Virus record (IMG/VR): IMGVR_UViG_3300030376_000768
Span: 1-42,780 of that record
Length of the DNA stretch: 42,780 nucleotides
Strand: one strand, 5' to 3'
Source: a virus
Lineage: Duplodnaviria; Caudoviricetes
The stretch's first letter is position 1. Every line of letters begins with the position of its first letter. Below the pieces are notes generated by a model, which worked only from the letters and a program-made list of their open reading frames with translations, did no database searches and was not told the origin of the DNA. The position numbers were made by a program, and so were the translations under genes. This document shows, one piece after another, positions 9,236 to 18,610 of the stretch.

Positions 9236-11077
9236 ATGGCAGGTGAAGTAGCTGAAATAGAACAGGCGATTGGACAAGAGAATATAGCTAGAGTAATGTC
9301 TGGATTATATAATCAATGGTGGACTCAACGTCAAGAAAAAGAAACAGAGTGGAGAGAGTTAAGAAACTATCTTTTTGCTACTGATACTACAACTACAACT
9401 AATAGTACTCTCCCCTGGAAGAATAAAACAACTCTACCTAAGTTAACTCAGATTAGAGATAATTTACATGCAAACTATATGGATGCATTATTTCCTAATG
9501 ATAACTGGATGAAATGGGAAGGAGCTTCTAGAGAAGATGTAACTATTAAAAAAAGAAAAGCTATTGAAGCTTATTTAAAAACTAAATTAAAAGAATCTAA
9601 ATTTAGAGAAGAAGTAAGTTTGCTAGTATATGATTATATTGACTATGGTAATGCTTTTGGTGAAGTAAGATATGTTAATGAAGACCATGTTGATTTAGAA
9701 ACAGGTGAAGTTATTACAACATATAATGGTCCTAAACTAAAACGTATATCACCATTTGATATTGTATTTAATCCTGTAGCTAGTTCTTTTGCTAAGTCAC
9801 CTAAGTTTACTAGATATATTAAATCTATTGGTGAACTAAAAATAGATGTAGAAGAAAGACCAGATTTACAATATAAAAAATCAGCATTTGATAAAGCAAT
9901 AGATATTAGAAACTCTATATCTATGTTTAGACAAGAAGATGTTAATAAAGCAGATGCATTTATAGCTGATGGTTTTGGTACACTACAAGAATACTATCAA
10001 TCTGGTATGGTAGAAGTTATTGAGTTTGAAGGAGACTTCTATGATAAAGATGAAGATAAACTACATAAGAATAGAATTATTACTATTATTGATAGAAACT
10101 ATGTAATACGTAATATTGAGAATCCTAGTTATATTGGTAGAGATAGTAAAGCTCATGTAGCATGGAGAAAAAGACCTGATAACTTATATGGTATGGGTCC
10201 TCTAGATAATCTAGTAGGTATGCAATATAGATTAGACCATTTAGAAAATGCTAAAGCAGATGCTATGGATTTAACTATACATCCACCTATGGTAATTAAA
10301 GGTGAAGTAGACCCATTTGAATGGGGACCTGAAACAACTATTCATTTACAAGAAGATGGTAATATTACTATGTTACCACCTAACCCTGCTGCTTTTCAAG
10401 TTAACAATGAATTAGTAGCATTAATGAATACTATGGAACAAATGGCAGGTGCTCCTAAAGAAGCTATGGGTATTAGAACACCAGGTGAGAAAACAGCATT
10501 TGAAGTACAATCATTACAGAATGCTGCTGGTAGAATATTCCAGAACAAAGTTAATCAATTTGAAGTAGAGTTTTTAGAACCTATTTTAAATATGATGCTA
10601 GAAACAGCTAAGCGTAATTTAGATTTACCTGAACTAGCTAAAGTATATGATGATGACTTTGGAGTACAAGACTTCTTATCTATTACTAAAGAAGATTTAA
10701 CTGCTAGAGGTAAGATTAGACCTATAGGTGCTAGACATTATGCTGCTAGAGCGCAGTTACTACAAAATATGTTAGGAGTATTTAATAGTCCAATAGGACA
10801 AATGATTAGTCCACATGTATCACCTAAGCTTATAGCTAAAATGGTAGAAGAATATATGGGCTTTGACCAATATGGATTTATGAAAGATAACGCTGCATTA
10901 TTTGAAGCTGCTGAACAAGAGAAAATAAAAATGCAGATACAACAGGATTTACAGGCACAACAAGCTCAACCAGGAATGGAAGAGCAAATGGTTGACCAAC
11001 AGATTCAACAAGTAGAAGCTACACAAGTAGCTCCTGAGCAAGACTTAGATGAAGATGATGATATACCTGTAATGTAA
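9236..11077 (+). CDS. Portal protein
   Basis: 613 aa directly after TerL; DYGNAF, RISPFDIVF, YGMGP, EKTAFEV motifs; Gln-rich tail. Confidence 0.9.
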   Translation: MAGEVAEIEQAIGQENIARVMSGLYNQWWTQRQEKETEWRELRNYLFATDTTTTTNSTLPWKNKTTLPKLTQIRDNLHANYMDALFPNDNWMKWEGASREDVTIKKRKAIEAYLKTKLKESKFREEVSLLVYDYIDYGNAFGEVRYVNEDHVDLETGEVITTYNGPKLKRISPFDIVFNPVASSFAKSPKFTRYIKSIGELKIDVEERPDLQYKKSAFDKAIDIRNSISMFRQEDVNKADAFIADGFGTLQEYYQSGMVEVIEFEGDFYDKDEDKLHKNRIITIIDRNYVIRNIENPSYIGRDSKAHVAWRKRPDNLYGMGPLDNLVGMQYRLDHLENAKADAMDLTIHPPMVIKGEVDPFEWGPETTIHLQEDGNITMLPPNPAAFQVNNELVALMNTMEQMAGAPKEAMGIRTPGEKTAFEVQSLQNAAGRIFQNKVNQFEVEFLEPILNMMLETAKRNLDLPELAKVYDDDFGVQDFLSITKEDLTARGKIRPIGARHYAARAQLLQNMLGVFNSPIGQMISPHVSPKLIAKMVEEYMGFDQYGFMKDNAALFEAAEQEKIKMQIQQDLQAQQAQPGMEEQMVDQQIQQVEATQVAPEQDLDEDDDIPVM

Positions 11078-11087
11078 CCGTAAAAGC

Positions 11088-11116
11088 TTGACTTTTACTT
11101 AAAAATATGGTATAAT
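11088..11116 (+). promoter_or_regulatory. Sigma70-type promoter P3, predicted leaderless start at ATG 11123
   Basis: TTGACT-17 bp-TATAAT-TATAGT-ATG, extended -10 TG. Confidence 0.8.
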
Positions 11117-11122
11117 TATAGT

Positions 11123-11329
11123 ATGGATTTAAAAAGTGAAAAGGCTAAAGCCTTAACAAAGAAACAAGTATTTGAAGAGTTAAGAGAGTATTTAACTGAA
11201 CAGGTAGAGATATCAAATAGAAAGTGTATGGATGAAGAGAACTTTAAACTTCCTGCTTTTAATGAATATCAAGCTTATCAGAGAGGTATTCAAAAAGCTT
11301 TATCAAAACTATATAATTTATTACCTTGA
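11123..11329 (+). CDS. Hypothetical protein between portal and scaffold
   Basis: 68 aa, YQAYQRG motif, conserved position in head modules. Confidence 0.7.
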   Translation: MDLKSEKAKALTKKQVFEELREYLTEQVEISNRKCMDEENFKLPAFNEYQAYQRGIQKALSKLYNLLP

Positions 11330-11346
11330 CCAAAGGAGAAAGTAAC

Positions 11347-12060
11347 ATGAATGATGAAGTAAAAACAGAAACAACTGAAACACCTGTACAAGAACCTACC
11401 CAGGAGACTGTACAACAAGATACTCAACCAAAGGCATTTGAGATTCCGACCGAAGCTCAAGAGTTAGTGGGAGAAGGTAAAAAGTATCAGAGTCCAGAGG
11501 ATGCTTTAAAGTCTGTTCCTCATGCACAGAAACATATTGAGACTTTAGAGTCTGAATTAGCTTCTGTAAGAGAAGAACTAACTAAGCGTCAAACGACTCA
11601 AGAACTTATAGATGAATTAAAGTCTGGAGTTCAAACACCAGCACAGACCGTGCAAAGTGGAGAACTTAATCAAGATAATGTGATGGATTTAGTTAATCAA
11701 ACTATTGCAACAAGAGAAGCAAATGCTAAAGCAGAGTCTAATGCTCAGTCAGTAGCTGCGAAGTTTACTGAACAGTATGGTGATAAAGCTGAAGATACTT
11801 ACAACTCTATTGCAAAAGAACTTAACTTATCTGTTAAACAACTTAACGAGCTTGCAGCAACAAGCCCTACAGTAGTATTAAAAGCAGCAGGTTTATCTGC
11901 AGCTAAAGCACCAGTAGCTAGTTCTAGTGGTGATATTAATACTGAAGCATTGAGTCAACAAGCTAAACCAGCTGAACTATCTGCAAAGGTAGAAGGTGGT
12001 TCAACTAAAGAACTCTTAGCAGCGTGGGGTAGAGCTAAAGCTAAAATTAATCAGTCTTAA
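11347..12060 (+). CDS. Capsid scaffolding protein
   Basis: Acidic coiled coil upstream of the capsid gene; LVGEGKKY motif; GGAG RBS before ATG 11347. Confidence 0.8.
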   Translation: MNDEVKTETTETPVQEPTQETVQQDTQPKAFEIPTEAQELVGEGKKYQSPEDALKSVPHAQKHIETLESELASVREELTKRQTTQELIDELKSGVQTPAQTVQSGELNQDNVMDLVNQTIATREANAKAESNAQSVAAKFTEQYGDKAEDTYNSIAKELNLSVKQLNELAATSPTVVLKAAGLSAAKAPVASSSGDINTEALSQQAKPAELSAKVEGGSTKELLAAWGRAKAKINQS

Positions 12061-12073
12061 GGAGACTTAAAGA

Positions 12074-13060
12074 ATGGCACATACTACTGCAAATACAACT
12101 GCGTTCATTGAATCGCAACAGTATTCTCAGTTTATTCTTGATAATTTACACGACTACCTTCTTCCAGAAGGAATGTATCGTGATGTAACAGACTTCGGTT
12201 CAGGTACAACACTAAACATTAAAACAGTTGGTACTGTAACACTTCAAGATGCAGCAGAGGATACACCTCTGAACTTTACAAACATAGACACAGGTACTAT
12301 CACTCTATCTATCACTGATTACATTGGTGATGCATGGAAAGTAACTGATGACCTACGTGAAGATGGTTCACAGGTAGACCAACTCATGGCTATGAGAGCT
12401 ATGGAATCTACACGTGCTCTTGGTGAAAACCACGAAGGACGTTTCTTAGCTGTTGCTAATGGCGGACAAACAGCAGCTAATCTTAACTTAGTTAATAATA
12501 GACCTCACCGTTTCGTAGCTGGTGGTAAAGATGCAACATCTAGAAATGTTGTTCTAGGCGACTTTGTAGCTATGAAACTAGCGTTTGACAAAGCTAATGC
12601 ACCTGCTTCAGGTCGTATTGCTATTGTTGACCCTATCGTAGAGGCAACACTCAACACATTAATCTCAAGTACAAACGTTGTTAATAATACTCCACAATTC
12701 CAGGGTGTTCTTAATGAAGGTTTTGCTAGAGACCATCGTTTCGTAAGAAACATTATGGGTTGGGATATTTACACTTCTAACTTCTTACCATCACTTACAG
12801 CAACAGAAACTATTGACGGGTCAGCATATGACCTAGCTAATGATACAGCTGAAATTGGTGATAAGGCTAACATCTTCATGTGCGTAGCAGATGATTCATG
12901 TAAGCCTGTTATGCATGCATGGAGACGTGCTCCGCAAACAGAAGGTTGGAGAGACCAAGAAGAAAGAGCTGATAAATATCAGGTTACTTCTAGGTTCGGG
13001 TTTGGTGTTCAGCGTGCTGATACACTAGGCGTTCTATTAACTGATGAAGCAACTTACTAA
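12074..13060 (+). CDS. Major capsid protein
   Basis: 328 aa after scaffold, strong AAGGAG RBS; AFIESQQYS, GTTLNIKTVG, RFGFGVQR. Confidence 0.9.
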   Translation: MAHTTANTTAFIESQQYSQFILDNLHDYLLPEGMYRDVTDFGSGTTLNIKTVGTVTLQDAAEDTPLNFTNIDTGTITLSITDYIGDAWKVTDDLREDGSQVDQLMAMRAMESTRALGENHEGRFLAVANGGQTAANLNLVNNRPHRFVAGGKDATSRNVVLGDFVAMKLAFDKANAPASGRIAIVDPIVEATLNTLISSTNVVNNTPQFQGVLNEGFARDHRFVRNIMGWDIYTSNFLPSLTATETIDGSAYDLANDTAEIGDKANIFMCVADDSCKPVMHAWRRAPQTEGWRDQEERADKYQVTSRFGFGVQRADTLGVLLTDEATY

Positions 13061-13071
13061 GGAGAAAAATT

Positions 13072-13539
13072 ATGACTATCGAATTGGCTCCTATAAGGGG
13101 CGTTGCAAATCATTATGGGACTCGTACTACTAAAAATAAATATGGTGGTCAAGAGTCTACAAAAGAAGGTATTGTTAAAAGTGCGGAGTGGACTTTTAGC
13201 TTTGACAATCTTTCAACAACACTAAATAGTAATCTTCCACAAACAATACCTGCAAATGCTTCTATTGTTGAAGCTGTATTGTATGTAGATGATGCATGGA
13301 TTGGTGGTACTAATCTAACTATTGGTTTGTATCAAGCTGATGGCACTGTAATTGATGCTGATGGTTTGGTAGCAGCAACTGCAACATCAGCATTAACAGC
13401 AAATAAAGTTGTTGTTGGTGCAGGTGCCCTAGTAGGCACTACAATTGGTGCAAATGCAGGGCAATTAGTAGCAGCAACTACAGGTACTTATACTGCAGGT
13501 ACTGCTAGAGTCGTAGTTAAATTTAAATACGACGTGTAA
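13072..13539 (+). CDS. Putative capsid decoration / minor capsid protein
   Basis: Strong RBS, Ala/Gly/Thr-rich beta-type sequence directly after the capsid gene. Confidence 0.6.
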   Translation: MTIELAPIRGVANHYGTRTTKNKYGGQESTKEGIVKSAEWTFSFDNLSTTLNSNLPQTIPANASIVEAVLYVDDAWIGGTNLTIGLYQADGTVIDADGLVAATATSALTANKVVVGAGALVGTTIGANAGQLVAATTGTYTAGTARVVVKFKYDV

Positions 13540-13545
13540 TATCTC

Positions 13546-13572
13546 GGTAACGCCCTCTTAGGAGGGCTTACC
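13546..13572 (+). terminator. Stem-loop after capsid genes (attenuator or mRNA stabiliser)
   Basis: GGTAA-C-GCCCTC TTAG GAGGGC-TTACC; weak U tract. Confidence 0.55.
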
Positions 13573-13595
13573 CCTAATTTAATACAGGAAACATT

Positions 13596-14165
13596 ATGAC
13601 AATACAACATAAACTCATTACAGGTGCAGACCTACATGAACCAAAAGGAGTAGCATCAGCTTCTAATAAAACTGTTTATGTTGCTAATGGTTCTGGTTCA
13701 GGTGCATGGTCTACTATAGCAACAGATAGTTTAGCTTTACCAAAAGGTAAGTTTTACTTCTATAATACTAGTTCTCCATATACACTAGCTCATAGTAGTT
13801 CTACTGCAAAAGTAGCACCAACTACAGTAGCTTCAGGATATGGTAGTTTAGTTACAGAAGCAACATCAGCTAGATTAACATATACAGGAACACCTACAAC
13901 AATAGTAAAACTAGACTATGATGTAAGTCTAAGTCAATCTTCTGGTGCAGATAGAGATATAATGGTATCAATTCATAGGAACGGTACTGTTATCCCTGGT
14001 TCTCAATCAGTTGTAACTTCTGTTACAGGTGATTTAGTTCAGATGGCAGGTTCATGTTTTTATAATGCTGCTACAAATGATTACTTTGAAATCTATGCAC
14101 AAAATACATCATCATCTGGTGATATGGTGTTTCAAAAAGTAGCATTAACTTTAACAGCTACATAG
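13596..14165 (+). CDS. Virion structural protein
   Basis: LHEPKGV...VYVANGSGSGAW N-terminus, beta-rich C-terminus. Confidence 0.6.
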   Translation: MTIQHKLITGADLHEPKGVASASNKTVYVANGSGSGAWSTIATDSLALPKGKFYFYNTSSPYTLAHSSSTAKVAPTTVASGYGSLVTEATSARLTYTGTPTTIVKLDYDVSLSQSSGADRDIMVSIHRNGTVIPGSQSVVTSVTGDLVQMAGSCFYNAATNDYFEIYAQNTSSSGDMVFQKVALTLTAT

Positions 14166-14173
14166 GATAAATT

Positions 14174-14953
14174 ATGGCTAAAATGAATTTACTAGCAATG
14201 ACTCAAGACATTTTATCTGATATGGATTCAGATGATGTCAATAGCATTAATGATAGTGTAGAAGCTTTACAAGTAGCACAGATAATTAAGACTACTTACT
14301 ACAATATTATTGATGGTAAGAACTATGCGTTCTTATATGAACTATTTAAGTTAACAGCTAGTGGTACAGATGATAGACCTACTCATATGAAGTTACCTGA
14401 AGATATTATTGACCTAAAATGGATTAAGTATAACAATAAAAAGAAAGCTACAGATAAAGATAACTTTGAAATGATAACATATAAATTACCAGAAGACTTT
14501 ATGGATATAGTAGATGCTAGAGATAGCACAGCTACTAACATAAAGAAAGTTACAGATACTACTGGTATTACTCTTAATATACTTAATGATAAATGTCCAC
14601 AGTATTTTACATCATTTGATGATGAAACAATTGTAATGGATGCATTTATAAAAACTTTAGAGTCAACACTACAAAATAGTAAAACTCAGTGTCATGGTAA
14701 AAGGTCTGTAGCATTTACAATGTCAGATACATTTACTCCTGACTTACCTGTACAGATGTTTACATACTTACTTAATGAAGCTAAGTCTGCTTGTTTCTTA
14801 ACATTGAAACAAATGGCTAATCAAAAAGCAGAACAGATTTCTGTAACTCAAAGACGTAGAATGAGTCAGGATGCTTGGAAGATTGCTAAAGGTATTAGAT
14901 ATCCTAACTATGGTAGACATTCAGCTAACAAAACAGGAGGGTCTAAATATTGA
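14174..14953 (+). CDS. Tail adaptor (tail tubular protein A-like)
   Basis: LLAMTQDILSDMDSDDVNSI..SVEA.QVA start; size and position. Confidence 0.7.
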   Translation: MAKMNLLAMTQDILSDMDSDDVNSINDSVEALQVAQIIKTTYYNIIDGKNYAFLYELFKLTASGTDDRPTHMKLPEDIIDLKWIKYNNKKKATDKDNFEMITYKLPEDFMDIVDARDSTATNIKKVTDTTGITLNILNDKCPQYFTSFDDETIVMDAFIKTLESTLQNSKTQCHGKRSVAFTMSDTFTPDLPVQMFTYLLNEAKSACFLTLKQMANQKAEQISVTQRRRMSQDAWKIAKGIRYPNYGRHSANKTGGSKY

Positions 14954-15165
14954 CTTTTAATACACAGAATACTCAGTCTTTTATACATAAAGAACAATAT
15001 GGTAAGAAAAAGAAATCATTGGCAAAACAGGTTAAGAAACTACTTTCTACTAGTAAAACTAGTCAACTTAATTCGTTTAAAAGTCTTGATACTAAAACAC
15101 AAGTAAGTAAATTTAAGAAAGTTAAACCACCTAAGTTAGCAAGGAAGAAAACAATAAGGAGATAG
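14950..15165 (+). CDS. Lys-rich hypothetical protein
   Basis: TTG start overlapping previous stop, GGAGG RBS. Confidence 0.55.
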   Translation: MTFNTQNTQSFIHKEQYGKKKKSLAKQVKKLLSTSKTSQLNSFKSLDTKTQVSKFKKVKPPKLARKKTIRR

Positions 15166-15167
15166 AC

Positions 15168-15458
15168 ATGACCAATGTCAAAAAGAGTTGGAAGACTCAC
15201 GGTAAGATGGAATTACAAGCAGTAGTTAAACCTAATACATCACATTTAATATTTCAATGGAGTGATGGTGGTGAAATACCTAATGCATTATCAGGTACTT
15301 ATACATCATTAGTGTTTATGAATACAGATGTTGCTAGTTATTTAGCTAAGACAGAACCTAAACCAGAAGTAGATTTGTTAGCAAAAGCTAAAGCTAAAAC
15401 AGAAAAACGAATAGCTAAGAAAAAATTAAAAGAGGAAATGAATGGCACAGAAAGCTGA
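15168..15458 (+). CDS. Hypothetical protein
   Basis: AGGAG RBS; GGEIPNALSGTYTS motif. Confidence 0.7.
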   Translation: MTNVKKSWKTHGKMELQAVVKPNTSHLIFQWSDGGEIPNALSGTYTSLVFMNTDVASYLAKTEPKPEVDLLAKAKAKTEKRIAKKKLKEEMNGTES

Positions 15459-17691
15459 AGCAGCTTATAGGTCTTTTGTTAAGGGATTAATAACTGAAGC
15501 AAATCAGTTAACATTTCCTGACAATGCATCAATAGACGAATCTAACTTTGTACTTAACCGTGATGGGTCTAGGTCTAGAAGGTTAGGTGTTGACTATGAG
15601 TCTTCATATGCTTTAACAGCTACTGGGTTAACTGCTACAGATATTAAAGAAGGTAAGCAATCATTTCATGTATGGGAAAGTCCTGATGGAGATACATCAG
15701 TATCATTAGGTCTTGTACGTATTAAAGATAAAATATGGTTTATGAACTTACTTGCAAATGCACCATCAGCAGATTTAAAGAATGGTGGTTCTCCAATTAC
15801 TATTGCAGGTTTAAGTAATAATAAAATAGAAACATCTGTTATTAATAACAAATGTGTTATTGTATCAAAAGATTTATCTGCTCCTGTATTATTATCATAT
15901 GATAAGACTACAGGTACTGTAACACAGACAACTATTACTCTAGAGATACGTGATATATATGGAGTAGATGATGGTCTATTTCTTGATACTAGACCTACTA
16001 CACTAAGTAATGAACATAAGTATAACTTACGTAACCAAGGTTGGAATAAAAATATTGTAACAAGTACTGGTGTTGATGCTATTGACTATACTTATACAAA
16101 ATTAGGACAGTATCCATCTAATGCAGATAACTGGACATTAGGTAAAATATCTAATACAGCTAGCTCTGACTATGAAAAGTATGACCCAGATACATTAGTT
16201 AAAAACTCATTTTCTAACTATCAAATAGCTAAAGGTAGTTTTATTATAGATGCATTTGATAGAGGTACATCTAGAATGGCTAAGTCTGATGTTAGTGTTG
16301 GTTTACCTACAGATAGAGAAGAAGGTAATATTAGTACTATTACTTCTTATGCACAACGATTATTTTATTCTGGTATAGAATCTTCTGTATCTAATGGAGA
16401 TGCTAGAAGTCCTAATTACTCAGGGTATATATTCTTTAGTAAAGTTATAAGAAATGATGAAGACTTAGGTAAGTGTCATCAAGAAGCTGACCCTACAGAC
16501 CCAGGTATTAATGATTTAATAGATACAGATGGTGGTTCTATACAGATACCAGATATCACTAAGGTAGTTAAAATTATAGCTTCTCAAGCCTCAGTATTAG
16601 TTTTTGCAGAAAATGGCGTGTGGGAGGTTTATGGAGATACTGGAGGGTTTATTGCTACATCCTTCCAAGCAAGTAAGATATCTACTAATGGTATTACAAA
16701 TGGAGACTCTGTAGTTAATGTAAATGGTAACTTTATTTACTGGTCTAAAGCTGGTATATACTTACTTAAACCTGACCAAGCATCAGGTAGATTTGCAGCA
16801 GAATCTATATCATTAACTACTATACAAACACTATATTTACAGATACCTGAAGTAGCTAAGAACTTCTGTAAAGGTCTTTATGATGAGAAAGAAAATAGAA
16901 TTAGATACCTTTACAATGATAGTACTGATTACTCAGCTACTAATTATCCTAATAGCTATAATAAAGAACTAGTATATGACTTAACATTAAAAGCTTGGTA
17001 TAAAAATTCAATATCAAGTTTAGCTTCAGATTCACCTTATATAGCTGATTATGTACCTATACCAGGATATACAGTAACATCTAGAGAAGAATCTGTTGTA
17101 TCAGGTACATCTAGTGTAATAGTTACTGATGGAACTGGTGTAGTAGTAGATGATGACATACCTGTAAGTAGAACAGAACAGTTTAGTTTCTTAACTATAG
17201 TAGGAACATCATTTACTTTATCTAAATATAATGGTAGTGATTTCTTAGATTGGAAAACTAAAGATTCAGTAGGTGTAGACTTTAGTAGTTTCTTATATAC
17301 AGGTTATGAATTGTTTGGTGATGTAATGAGACAGAAACAAATACCTTATGTATTCTTTTACTTTGAACTAACAGAAGATGGATTTGAAGCATCAGGTGAT
17401 GACTTAGTATTTAAGAATCAATCATCTTGTAAAGTACAAGCACAATGGGGTTGGTCTAATTCTGCAGCTAATGGTAAATGGGGTAAAGAATTCCAAGCTT
17501 ATAGAATACTAAGAAACTATACACCATCAGGCGCAGCAGATGCATATGACAGTGGTGAGTCTATGGTAGTTACTAAAAATAAACTTAGAGGTTCAGGTAA
17601 ATCTATAAGTTTATATATTAGGTCAGAACAAGGAAAGGACATGAAGTTGTTAGGATGGGGACATCCAGTAACTATGCTATCAACTCCTTAA
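15442..17691 (+). CDS. Tail nozzle (tail tubular protein B-like)
   Basis: 749 aa beta-rich; FVKGLITEA...RRLG start typical of podovirus nozzle proteins. Confidence 0.8.
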   Translation: MAQKAEAAYRSFVKGLITEANQLTFPDNASIDESNFVLNRDGSRSRRLGVDYESSYALTATGLTATDIKEGKQSFHVWESPDGDTSVSLGLVRIKDKIWFMNLLANAPSADLKNGGSPITIAGLSNNKIETSVINNKCVIVSKDLSAPVLLSYDKTTGTVTQTTITLEIRDIYGVDDGLFLDTRPTTLSNEHKYNLRNQGWNKNIVTSTGVDAIDYTYTKLGQYPSNADNWTLGKISNTASSDYEKYDPDTLVKNSFSNYQIAKGSFIIDAFDRGTSRMAKSDVSVGLPTDREEGNISTITSYAQRLFYSGIESSVSNGDARSPNYSGYIFFSKVIRNDEDLGKCHQEADPTDPGINDLIDTDGGSIQIPDITKVVKIIASQASVLVFAENGVWEVYGDTGGFIATSFQASKISTNGITNGDSVVNVNGNFIYWSKAGIYLLKPDQASGRFAAESISLTTIQTLYLQIPEVAKNFCKGLYDEKENRIRYLYNDSTDYSATNYPNSYNKELVYDLTLKAWYKNSISSLASDSPYIADYVPIPGYTVTSREESVVSGTSSVIVTDGTGVVVDDDIPVSRTEQFSFLTIVGTSFTLSKYNGSDFLDWKTKDSVGVDFSSFLYTGYELFGDVMRQKQIPYVFFYFELTEDGFEASGDDLVFKNQSSCKVQAQWGWSNSAANGKWGKEFQAYRILRNYTPSGAADAYDSGESMVVTKNKLRGSGKSISLYIRSEQGKDMKLLGWGHPVTMLSTP

Positions 17692-17692
17692 T

Positions 17693-17998
17693 ATGGAAAT
17701 ATTGTACGAAGAGCCTGACAATGGTTTTATAGCAGTAGATTTTAATAAAGATATGAATGAATGGACTATGCATATAGAATGTCATTCATGGAGTCATAAT
17801 AAATTTAAAAGATACTTAAAAGGTTTAGAAGTAGCTAAACAAAAACTTAGAGATAGAGGTATTAAAAGAGTTTTTGGTTTATGTGAAACAAAGAAAGAAA
17901 GAAAGTTTAATATAGTATTTGGAGCAAAAGCAGTACCAAATGGTATAGTACTTACAGAAGATGGTTTATTAAATTATTTAACAGTACTGGAGATTTAA
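17693..17998 (+). CDS. Small protein, possible GNAT-like tail assembly factor
   Basis: Position between nozzle and internal proteins (T7 gp13-like slot); weak GNAT-like pattern. Confidence 0.45.
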   Translation: MEILYEEPDNGFIAVDFNKDMNEWTMHIECHSWSHNKFKRYLKGLEVAKQKLRDRGIKRVFGLCETKKERKFNIVFGAKAVPNGIVLTEDGLLNYLTVLEI

Positions 17999-17999
17999 C

Positions 18000-18596
18000 A
18001 TGGGTAAAGTAGTAAAAAAGGTAGCTAAAGTAGCAGTACCAGTAGCTCTAGTAGCATCAGGGTTTGGTTTTGCTGGTATGGGTCCATTCGCTGGATTAGC
18101 AAAGTATAGTGCAGTGGCTGGTCAAGTAGCTAAGTATGGTGGTCTTGCAATGCAAGGTTATAGTTCTATACAAGGACAAAAATATCAGAAAAAACAAGCT
18201 GGTTTTCAACGACAACAAGTAGAAGAACAAAACAAAGCTAATGAAGCTAGGAATAGATATAACCAATTATTACAAAAACGAAGTAGACTACAAACATTAA
18301 GACAAGCTAGAATACAACAAGGACAAATTGCAGGTTCTATGGGTGGTACTTTAGGTGCTGGAGGTACTTCAAGTTATGTTGGTTCTGTAGGTAGTATTGG
18401 TACACAAGCATCAACAAACTTAGGTAATATTAATGTAGCAGAAGATGTAGGTAATCAAATTACTGCATTAAATACTCGTGCAGCTAACTTTGGTAGTCAA
18501 GCAAATACAGCAGGTTCTAGAGGAAGTATGTGGAAAGATATGGGAAGTCTAGGTGGTAGTTTATTTGCATCTTCTGACAAATTATTTGATACTTAA
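18000..18596 (+). CDS. Internal virion (ejection) protein
   Basis: Hydrophobic Gly/Ala N-terminus, Gln-rich coiled coil; position. Confidence 0.7.
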   Translation: MGKVVKKVAKVAVPVALVASGFGFAGMGPFAGLAKYSAVAGQVAKYGGLAMQGYSSIQGQKYQKKQAGFQRQQVEEQNKANEARNRYNQLLQKRSRLQTLRQARIQQGQIAGSMGGTLGAGGTSSYVGSVGSIGTQASTNLGNINVAEDVGNQITALNTRAANFGSQANTAGSRGSMWKDMGSLGGSLFASSDKLFDT

Positions 18597-18610
18597 CCTT
18601 AAGGATATAA